From an uncultured Gemmataceae bacterium (GTDB lineage: Bacteria; Planctomycetota; Planctomycetia; Gemmatales; Gemmataceae), in contig CAVVPN010000003.1 of assembly GCA_963750165.1 (NCBI GenBank), positions 1,248,001-1,312,000 of the forward strand: a DNA stretch of 64,000 nt. Direction: 5' to 3'. This document shows positions 19,505-27,155 of this stretch, in pieces (the stretch's first letter is position 1; each line of letters begins with the position of its first letter). The translations under genes and the position numbers were made by a program. The notes under the pieces were generated by a model. That model made no database searches, was not told the origin of the DNA, and was given only the letters and a program-made list of their open reading frames with translations.

Positions 19505-19590
19505 GCCGCCACCGAGCCGCGCACGCAGCGTACTTGCGGAGTACGCTGCGTGCGCGGCTCGGTGGCGCTCCTTGCTTCCGAACGCGCTTA
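19505..19590. repeat. Palindrome plus one MITE-like terminus (family F, truncated)
   Basis: gccaccgagccgcgcacgcagcgtact...agtacgctgcgtgcgcggctcggtggc followed by ttgcttccgaacgcgctta, matching the termini at 27030-27132. Confidence 0.7.
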
Positions 19591-21051
19591 TCCTTTGATG
19601 ACGCCGATGGGCCGCATGCGCGCCACCTTGGCGGACAACCCCGCGCGATGCACCACGTCCACCACGTCGTCCACGTCCTTGTACGCCCGCGGTTGCTCTT
19701 CCGCGAGGCCCTTGCGGCTCTGCGCCCGAGCGATGACGCCACGACTTTCCAGCTCCTTGTCGATGCGCCGGCCGGCGGCGTCCTTGACCGCGGCGGTGCG
19801 GCTCATGGCCCGGCCCGCGCCGTGACAGGTGGTGCCGAACGTCTTCTCCATGCTGCCCGGCTGGCCGACCAGAATCCAGCTGGCCCGACCCATATCGCCA
19901 GGGATGATGACCGGCTGGCCGACCGCTTGGTACATCCGCGGCACCTCCGGGTGGCCCGCCGGGAACGCCCGCGTGGCCCCCTTGCGGTGGACCCACACTG
20001 GCTTGCGCCGGTCGCCGACCGTGTGCTCTTCCAGCTTGGCGATGTTGTGGCAAACGTCGTACAGCAGGTTCATTTGCAGTTCCTGCCACGAGCGGCCAAA
20101 GAGGTCCGCGAACACCTCGCGCGCCTGCTGCATGAGCAGCTGACGGTTGCACCAGGCGTAGTTGGCCGCGGCGCGCATCGCCGCAATGTACTTGCGGCCC
20201 TCCGGGCTGTTCACTGGGGCGCACGCCAGCTGGCGATCCGGCAACGCGATGCCGTACTTCTGCGGCGCGTTGCGCAGGCTCGCCAGGGCATCGTCACACA
20301 CCTGGTAGCCCAGGCCGCGCGAGCCGCTGTGGATCATCACGCACACCTGGTCCTTCTCCAGGCCGAACACCTGCGCCACCGCCTCGTCGAAGACGTGATC
20401 GACGACCTGCACCTCCAAAAAGTGGTTGCCCGAACCGAGGGTGCCGCACTGCTCGGCGCCGCGCGTCTTGGCGTGGTCGCTGACTGCATCCGGTTCGGCC
20501 CCCTCCAGGAAGCCGTGGGCTTCCGTGTGCTCCAGATCGCTCGCCTCGCCGAAGTCGTGCTCGATGAGGTAACGCGAGCCCTGGGACAGCAGCCGCTCCA
20601 GGTCCTGGCCGCGGAAGCTGAACCGGCCCGACTTGCCGACGCCCGTCGGCACGCTCTTGAACAGCGCCTCAACCAGCTGCCGCAGGTGCGGCTTCACGTC
20701 ACGATAGAATAAGCTAGTTTTGCACAATCTAACTCCGCAATTGATGTCATACCCGACCCCGCCGGGAGAGATAACGCCGCCCTCGTTCGGATCCGTGGCG
20801 GCGACGCCGCCGATGCAGAAGCCGTAGCCCCAGTGGATGTCCGGCATCGCCAGGCTGGCGTGCTGGATGCCCGGCAAGAACGCGACGTTGGCGACCTGGT
20901 CGGGGGCCTGATCCTTCATGAGCTGGCCGAGTAATTTCTCACTGCTGAAGATGAGGCCGTCCACGCGCATGCCCGGCTTGTAGCTTTTCGGGATGCGCCA
21001 GCAACACTCGCCCGCCGGCTCTAGCGGCCCGTGATACGCTTCCTTTGCCAT
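19588..21051 (-). CDS. rtcB: RNA-splicing ligase RtcB (archease-associated type)
   Basis: MPDIHWGYGF, GVGYDINCGVR, GTLGSGNHF, HSGSRG, HNIAK, HRKGATRAF, HGAGR, AYKDV. Confidence 0.97.
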   Translation of the reverse strand: MAKEAYHGPLEPAGECCWRIPKSYKPGMRVDGLIFSSEKLLGQLMKDQAPDQVANVAFLPGIQHASLAMPDIHWGYGFCIGGVAATDPNEGGVISPGGVGYDINCGVRLCKTSLFYRDVKPHLRQLVEALFKSVPTGVGKSGRFSFRGQDLERLLSQGSRYLIEHDFGEASDLEHTEAHGFLEGAEPDAVSDHAKTRGAEQCGTLGSGNHFLEVQVVDHVFDEAVAQVFGLEKDQVCVMIHSGSRGLGYQVCDDALASLRNAPQKYGIALPDRQLACAPVNSPEGRKYIAAMRAAANYAWCNRQLLMQQAREVFADLFGRSWQELQMNLLYDVCHNIAKLEEHTVGDRRKPVWVHRKGATRAFPAGHPEVPRMYQAVGQPVIIPGDMGRASWILVGQPGSMEKTFGTTCHGAGRAMSRTAAVKDAAGRRIDKELESRGVIARAQSRKGLAEEQPRAYKDVDDVVDVVHRAGLSAKVARMRPIGVIKG

Positions 21052-21062
21052 GTTACTTTCTC

Positions 21063-21473
21063 TCAAATATCCACGATGACTTCCGCCCGCCAGCCGTCGT
21101 CGGTCTGCGCGACGGTCAGGCCGTGGTAGGTGATCGCCTTGACCTCGTGGTCCAGGATGTGCCGGTCGCGGTCGAGCGGTTCACCCCACGCGGTGCCGGC
21201 CAGCCCGTCGGCGCTGACGCGCACGGCGAACCGACTGAACAGCAGGTGCTCGCTGTCGAAATGGTACAGCAGCTCCTTGAGCCAGTCGAACAGCAAAAAC
21301 TCGCGGTCGGTGCCCTGCAAACGCACCTCGACCTGCCGGCGCGGCTCGACGGTGGACAGGTCCTCGCTGATGACGGAAAACAGGGCCTCGGCGGCCTCGG
21401 CGAACAGTGTGTCCAGGTCTGCCGCCCGGACGCGCAGGCCCAGGTCCGCCGTGTGGTCGAAGGTTTCGTACAT
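21063..21473 (-). CDS. Archease
   Basis: DHTADLG N-terminus, EVKAITYH, C-terminal VDI; directly upstream of rtcB. Confidence 0.95.
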   Translation of the reverse strand: MYETFDHTADLGLRVRAADLDTLFAEAAEALFSVISEDLSTVEPRRQVEVRLQGTDREFLLFDWLKELLYHFDSEHLLFSRFAVRVSADGLAGTAWGEPLDRDRHILDHEVKAITYHGLTVAQTDDGWRAEVIVDI

Positions 21474-21597
21474 AACACCCGCCGTTGAGCGAGTTGCCGA
21501 ACTATTGAAGGAAGACGCCCCCTGGCAGTCCCAGGTTCACTCCATTATCGTACGCAACGTCTGCGAACTTCCCTCCTGATGCCTGCCATTTGCGGCG

Positions 21598-22268
21598 TCA
21601 CCGGGAAAATTGATTGACGAAGTACGCCTGCCACTCCTGGATGTGCGCGACCATTGCCCGGCTTGCCTCCTTGCCGTCGCGCCGCTCCAGCGCCGCCAGG
21701 ATCTGGTAATGCTCCTCCAGGCCCTGCCGCAAACCATCGGGGTTGGTCGCCAGCTTGTTGATGGGGCGGTGCAGCAGCCGGTAGCGGGCGATGTCGTGCC
21801 ACAGCCGTGGACTGCCGGCGGCGCGGGCGATGGCGTTGTGAAACTCTTCGTCCATGTCGGCCCAGCGCGCCACCCAACCGACCCGGTCGCGGCAGTCGCG
21901 CAGTTCGTCCGCCCGGGTTCGCAACCGCGCCAGCGTCGGCCGGTCCACCCGCGCCGCCGCCCGCCGCGCCGCCTCGCCTTCGAGGAGTTCGCGCATTTCG
22001 TAAATGTCGTCCACATCCTCGCGCGTGAAGGTGGTGATGACCGCCCGGCGGTTGGCCCGCTGCTCGACCAGGCCGTCCCGGGCAAGCTGCCGCAGGGCGT
22101 CGTGGACAGGAGTGCGGCTCACGTCCAACTCCTGGGCCAGGGCCACCTCGCTGACCACGGAACCAGGCGCAGCTGGCCCGATTGGATGGCCACCAGAAGG
22201 GTTTCGTACACACTGTCCGACAGGCGCGTGCGGTCAAAGTTCGCCTGCAAATGCGGGGCGTCGCTCAT
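21598..22268 (-). CDS. GntR/FadR (FCD) family transcriptional regulator; frameshift near 22170
   Basis: LSDSVYETL..AIQSGQL in one frame continues as PGSVVSEVALAQELDVSRTPVHDAL in another; FCD motifs DEEFH and EEHYQIL. Confidence 0.88.
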
Positions 22269-22360
22269 GAGCGGATCCAGCTGGTGGGTGAGGCGATATC
22301 CCAGGGCCGATGGGCGTCGAGGGTTTATTCTAGGGACGGCGTGCATTTCCAGCAACCTTC

Positions 22361-22395
22361 CATGCAGAGTTTATACTTGCCAACTCTGCATGCAG
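22361..22395. promoter_or_regulatory. Putative operator in the divergent gntR intergenic region
   Basis: catgcagagtt-10 nt-aactctgcatg inverted repeat overlapping a ctgcatgcag palindrome. Confidence 0.5.
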
Positions 22396-22482
22396 TTCCT
22401 ATTATCGCCCTAAAGAGCCCTGTGGGCCAGCCGACGTGAACCGCGAACCGATCAATCGGGGCGCCAAGGGCGCCAGTTGCTC

Positions 22483-22510
22483 TTGACCGGGACAGGGGAA
22501 AAGTTATGGT
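22483..22510 (+). promoter_or_regulatory. Putative sigma70 promoter
   Basis: TTGACC-16 nt-TATGGT upstream of GTG 22574. Confidence 0.4.
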
Positions 22511-22573
22511 GCCGCGCCGTGGCGGACAGCATCGACCGCGCCGCCCTCACCCCTGGGCAGAACGGAGGGAGCC

Positions 22574-23338
22574 GTGTACGTCGCTTGTTCCACGCTATGT
22601 TTCGCGCGTCTGCCGCTGGAGCGTGCTCTGCGCCTCATCGGCGAACTGGAGTTCAGCAAGCTCGACGTGGCCATCCACGAGCAGGGGCCGCATCTGAAGC
22701 CGTCCGAGGTCGCCGCCGACGTGCCGCTGGCCGCCCAGCGCATCCGCATCGGTCCCAGCCTGACGCCAGCCGCCTTCGACGTACAAATCCTCACCGATAG
22801 CGACGCCGAGTGCCAGCGCCAACTCCGCGCCCTCTGCCGCCTGGCCCGCATCTCGACTGTCTCCACCATCACGCTGTCGGCAGCCGACAGCGGCACCGGC
22901 CTGGACGCGGAGGTAACGCGGTTGGCGCCGCTGGTGCAGCTGGCCGAGGCGGAGGGCATCGTGCTGACCGTGGCCACGCGCACCGGCACCCTGACCGAGA
23001 CGCCGGACACCGCGGTGGAATTGTGCCAGCGTGTGCCGGGCCTCGGTTTGACGCTGGACCCGAGTCACTTCATCGCCGGGCCGCATCAGGGTGAGCCGTT
23101 CGACCAGGTGTATCCGTTCGTGCGCCATGTGCATCTGCGCGACACGCGCCGCGGGGCCGACCAGTTCCAGGTGCGCATCGGCCAGGGTGAGGTCGAGTAT
23201 GGACGCATCGTCAACCAGCTGGCGCGGCAGGGCTACGACCGCCTGCTGACCGTCGCCGTCCACGACTTCGCCGACGCGCCCTACCCGATGGACACCGAGG
23301 TGCGCAAGCTGAAATATTTGCTGGAAAGTTTGGTGTAA
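22574..23338 (+). CDS. Sugar phosphate isomerase/epimerase family TIM-barrel protein
   Basis: LTLDPSHF, VRHVHLRD, IGQGEVEY; GGAGG RBS. Confidence 0.85.
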   Translation: MYVACSTLCFARLPLERALRLIGELEFSKLDVAIHEQGPHLKPSEVAADVPLAAQRIRIGPSLTPAAFDVQILTDSDAECQRQLRALCRLARISTVSTITLSAADSGTGLDAEVTRLAPLVQLAEAEGIVLTVATRTGTLTETPDTAVELCQRVPGLGLTLDPSHFIAGPHQGEPFDQVYPFVRHVHLRDTRRGADQFQVRIGQGEVEYGRIVNQLARQGYDRLLTVAVHDFADAPYPMDTEVRKLKYLLESLV

Positions 23339-23443
23339 AACCCCCATCACGAAACCACGAACGAACGAAACTACGAAAAAGATAAATCAATTCCTGGTCT
23401 TTTTCGTAGTTTCGTTCGTTCGTGGTTTCGTGATGGGGGTTTT
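23337..23443. repeat. 46-bp perfect inverted repeat between convergent genes (likely bidirectional terminator)
   Basis: aaaacccccatcacgaaaccacgaacgaacgaaactacgaaaaaga and its reverse complement, 15-nt loop; internal ACGAA repeats. Confidence 0.85.
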
Positions 23444-23460
23444 TCTTCTTGTGATTGACC

Positions 23461-25926
23461 TCACCGATACGCTGCCACCAACTCGACGCGGCCGCCCGCT
23501 CCCGGCACCTGCCAGAACGGTGTCCACGCCAGTCCGAAGTCCGTCACCAGCACGTCCTGCCGCCGCGGTGTCAGCGGGATGTCCGTATGCTCCTCGCCCA
23601 CCTGCCGCCATTTCTCCGCGATGCTCTGCTGCCTGGCGAACCATTCGGCGCGGAGCTTTTCGAGTTTGTCCTTCGTGGCCGCAGACGGCCGGCTCGAAAA
23701 CGCGAAGCTCACCCACGCCAGCGGGTTGACGACGTTCAGCAACGACGACTGTTGCTCGACCGGCCCTTCCGGCACCTTCGCGCCCAGCGCCGCGAACTTC
23801 GGCGCATACCGGTTTTTCTCCTGGGCCATTTCCACGTCCGCCTTCGCAGCGGCGGCGGCGCGGCAGCGCTGCTGGAACGCCTGCGCGTCCTCGCCCGGCT
23901 GGCTCAGCAGTTCCAGTTTGGCGTTCTCGCGCAACAGCAGCCGGGCGCTGTTGTAGAGGTAGTCGGAGAACACCTTCGCCAGCGCCTTGAGCTTGCGGGC
24001 CGTGTTCACCGCGTCCGACACTGGCGTCCACTGTGCCGGCGACAGCGGCCCGGGCGCGGGGTTGACCGTCATCCGCTCCGACGTGAACCAGTTCACCTGA
24101 CCGTTCTCGGGGATTTCTACAAGCAAACGGTGCGTCTGTTTTGGCGACAGGCCGCGCTTCTTGTCCACGAACAACACCTCTGCGACGCCGAGCAGCCGCA
24201 GCTGATACACCAGCGCCGCCCCCGTCGGCCAGGCGGGACTGCTCAGCGGCAGGAAAAACTGCTGCACGTCCACCGGCAGCGACGGCGCCGCGGTACTCGT
24301 CGTCTCGGGTGCCACCGGCGCCGCCTGGCCCTGCAACGTCTGCTTGAACTGCCGATCCTCCGTGCGCGGCGCGGCCGGCGTCGCCACCGGGAGCGCAACC
24401 GGCGGTATGTCGGCCGTGTCGGCGACCGGCGGCCTCGGCTCGGCGGCCTCGGCCTCCTTGAGCGGGTCCATGAGCACTGCGATCTGGTCGCGCGTCAGCG
24501 GGCCGCGCAGGAACGATAGTACGTGCCGGCTCTGGAACAGCAGCGGCTTGCCCTTGTGGATGTCGTGCAGCAGGAAAATACGATTGCCCAGAGCGGAAAT
24601 GACCGTCTCCAGATACGCCCGGCTGTTCAGCGTGCCACTCTCCGCCGCAACGCCCTCCAGACCTTCGATGAGGCGGGCCTTGTCGCGGTCGGTTTGCAGT
24701 TTGCCGATGAACCAGGTGCCGGCGTTGGACAGCGCCTTGTAGTCCAGGTCCACCGGGTTCTGCGTCGCCAGCAGCACGCCGACGCCGAACGCCCGCGCCT
24801 GCTTCAGCAGTGTCATCAGCGGCACCTTGGTCGGCGGGTTGGCCGGGTGCGGCGGCAGATAACCGTACACCTCGTCGAAGTACAGGATCGCTCGCAGGCT
24901 GGTCGTGCCCGGCTGCTTGCGTGTCCAGCTCAGCACCTCTTCCAGCAACAGCGTGATGAAGAACATCCGCTGCGCGTCGTCCAGGTGCGCGACGTAAAAG
25001 ATCAGGTGCCGCGGCTTCTCGCCCTTGCCGTAGAGCATCCGCGACAGGTCGAGCGCCTCGCCCTGGATCCAGGTCGAAAAACTCGGGGCGGCCAGCAGGT
25101 TGTTGAGCGCCACCGCCAGCTTGAGGCGGTCCTTCTCGGGGTAGAACGTGTCCACCTCGAAGGCGCCGATCTTGTTCATCGGCGGCACCTGAATCTGGCC
25201 GATGAGCGTGGGCAGGTCGAGGTCTTGCTGCTTGCTCCAGGAGTGCAGCAGCAGCTGGGCGATGAGGATGTGCTCGCGCGACTGCACCGGGTCGGCGCTG
25301 ATGCCGGTCAGGCCGAGCAGCGCCGTCGTGGTCGCGTCGATCTTCTGGTTCAGCGCCTCGCGCGACACCTTGCCCTTCGGCGCCTGGAACGTTTGCAGCA
25401 CCGACAACGGCATTCCCGCCTCGCTGCCCGGCGTGTAAATCCGCCACTCCGCCGACTCCTTCAGGCGCTGGATGCGCGCCGCCGACTGCCGCGACGACTC
25501 CAGCCCGGTGCGCCATTTGTCCGCGAGCTGCTTCGCGTAATTTTCGAGCGACATGCCCTTGAGCCGGGCATCGTCCGGGTTGAGCCACTTCTGGAAGTCC
25601 GCCGGCGCCAGGTCGGGGAACTGCAGCAGCAGATTCGTGAGATCGCCCTTGGGGTCGATGATGATGCACGGGATGCTGTCGATGGCGGCCTCTTCGAGCA
25701 GGCTGATGCACAGGCCGGTCTTGCCCGAGCCGGTCATGCCGACGACAACGCCGTGGGTCGTCAGGTCGCGGGCGTCGTACATGACCGGCTTGTTCAGAAC
25801 GGTCTTCGTGGCTAAATCGAACTCGTCGCCGAGGTAGAAGCACGCCGGCAGCTCGATGTCCGGCGCGGGCGCGGCGGGGGCGGTCGGTTCGGCGGCGGAC
25901 GGTGTGGGGGTCGTTGGTTCGCTCAC
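23461..25926 (-). CDS. HerA/FtsK-like (DUF87-type) ATPase
   Basis: HGVVVGMTGSGKT, IIDPKGD, LYFDEVYG, KQARAFGVGVLLATQNP. Confidence 0.88.
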   Translation of the reverse strand: MSEPTTPTPSAAEPTAPAAPAPDIELPACFYLGDEFDLATKTVLNKPVMYDARDLTTHGVVVGMTGSGKTGLCISLLEEAAIDSIPCIIIDPKGDLTNLLLQFPDLAPADFQKWLNPDDARLKGMSLENYAKQLADKWRTGLESSRQSAARIQRLKESAEWRIYTPGSEAGMPLSVLQTFQAPKGKVSREALNQKIDATTTALLGLTGISADPVQSREHILIAQLLLHSWSKQQDLDLPTLIGQIQVPPMNKIGAFEVDTFYPEKDRLKLAVALNNLLAAPSFSTWIQGEALDLSRMLYGKGEKPRHLIFYVAHLDDAQRMFFITLLLEEVLSWTRKQPGTTSLRAILYFDEVYGYLPPHPANPPTKVPLMTLLKQARAFGVGVLLATQNPVDLDYKALSNAGTWFIGKLQTDRDKARLIEGLEGVAAESGTLNSRAYLETVISALGNRIFLLHDIHKGKPLLFQSRHVLSFLRGPLTRDQIAVLMDPLKEAEAAEPRPPVADTADIPPVALPVATPAAPRTEDRQFKQTLQGQAAPVAPETTSTAAPSLPVDVQQFFLPLSSPAWPTGAALVYQLRLLGVAEVLFVDKKRGLSPKQTHRLLVEIPENGQVNWFTSERMTVNPAPGPLSPAQWTPVSDAVNTARKLKALAKVFSDYLYNSARLLLRENAKLELLSQPGEDAQAFQQRCRAAAAAKADVEMAQEKNRYAPKFAALGAKVPEGPVEQQSSLLNVVNPLAWVSFAFSSRPSAATKDKLEKLRAEWFARQQSIAEKWRQVGEEHTDIPLTPRRQDVLVTDFGLAWTPFWQVPGAGGRVELVAAYR

Positions 25927-26004
25927 GGTTCGCTCTCTGGGACATCAGGGGAAAAGTCCGGAGTATTATCGACGTTGCGGGGCGCTTTGCAAAGGGGACA
26001 CGCC

Positions 26005-26772
26005 ATGCACACGCAACCGGTAGCGCTGGTGACGGGCGGCAGTCGCGGCATCGGCCGCGGCGTCTGTGTGGAGCTGGCCCGGCAGGGCTACGCTGTGGCC
26101 ATCAACTACGCCGGCAACGAGGACGCCGCCCGGCAGACGCAGACCGACATCGCCAGCACCGCCGAGACGCTGCTGTGCCGCGCGGATGTCGGCGTTACGG
26201 CGGAGCGCGAGCGGCTGGTCGCGGACGTGCTGGCGAAGTGGGACCGCATTGACGTGCTCGTGAACAACGCCGGCATCACCTCCGTGGGCCGGCGCGACCT
26301 CCTCGAAGCGACCGAGGACAGCTGGGACCGCGTTCTGGCCGTCAATCTCAAGGGGCCGTTCTTCCTGACGCAGCGCATGGCGCAAACGATGCTCGAACGC
26401 CTGCCGCGCCTGACGCGGCCCACCATCGTCAACATCTCCAGCCTGTCCGCCTATGCACTGTCCACGAACCGCGGCGACTACTGCGTCTCGAAGGCGGCGC
26501 TGGGCATGGTGACGCAGCTGTTCGCGGCCCGGCTGGCGGAGCACGGCATCCGCGTTTTCGAGGTGCGGCCGGGTATCGTCGAAACGGACATGACCGCGGG
26601 CGGCCACGAGCGCTACACGCAACTGATCGCGGAGGGCCTGACGCCGATCCGCCGCTGGGGCAGTCCCACGGACGTGGGCAAGGCCGTGGCGCTGCTGGCC
26701 TCTGACGCGCTGCCGTTCAGCACCGGCGATGTGCTCAACATCGACGGCGGCTACCACCTGCGGCGGTTCTGA
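26005..26772 (+). CDS. Short-chain dehydrogenase/reductase
   Basis: TGGSRGIG, NNAG, NISS, YCVSK, IDGG. Confidence 0.93.
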   Translation: MHTQPVALVTGGSRGIGRGVCVELARQGYAVAINYAGNEDAARQTQTDIASTAETLLCRADVGVTAERERLVADVLAKWDRIDVLVNNAGITSVGRRDLLEATEDSWDRVLAVNLKGPFFLTQRMAQTMLERLPRLTRPTIVNISSLSAYALSTNRGDYCVSKAALGMVTQLFAARLAEHGIRVFEVRPGIVETDMTAGGHERYTQLIAEGLTPIRRWGSPTDVGKAVALLASDALPFSTGDVLNIDGGYHLRRF

Positions 26773-26782
26773 GGGGCGGCCG

Positions 26783-26905
26783 GTGGTGTTCGACGTGCTC
26801 GGGCAACTGACCTTCGAGGACCGGCCGCTACGCGAACTCCTGCTGGAGGCGATCCGCTACGGCGACCAGCCCACCGTCCGCTCACGGCTCTTCACGGTGG
26901 TGGAC
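26783..26905 (+). pseudogene. Orphan gene fragment resembling SNF2-type helicases of DUF3883/DUF1156/DUF499 defence operons
   Basis: Translates VFDVLGQLTFEDRPLRELLLEAIRYGDQPTVRSRLFTVVD with coding-like codons but no surrounding gene; family recalled from memory. Confidence 0.55.
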
Positions 26906-27029
26906 AGGCTCGAATCTCGACGTGTGAAAAAGTTGGCGTTCTTGGCGTTCTTGCTGTGGCAGCGCAGGCCGCTGGAGGTCAGCCCGTGCCCGCCGCCACT
27001 TGTGCGCAATCCGTGCGTGAACCGCGCGT

Positions 27030-27132
27030 AAGAACGTTCGGAAGCAATGAGCGCCTCCGAGGGCGCCTGTTTACTCCGCGAGTACGCTCCGTGCGCGGCT
27101 CGGGCGAATCGTCTTTGTTTCCGAACGCTCTT
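27030..27132. mobile_element. MITE-like element family F
   Basis: Imperfect 18-bp TIRs aagaacgttcggaagcaa / ttgtttccgaacgctctt enclosing a decayed copy of the 19505 palindrome. Confidence 0.6.
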
Positions 27133-27155
27133 GGCGGCAAGCCGTAGAAAAACCC

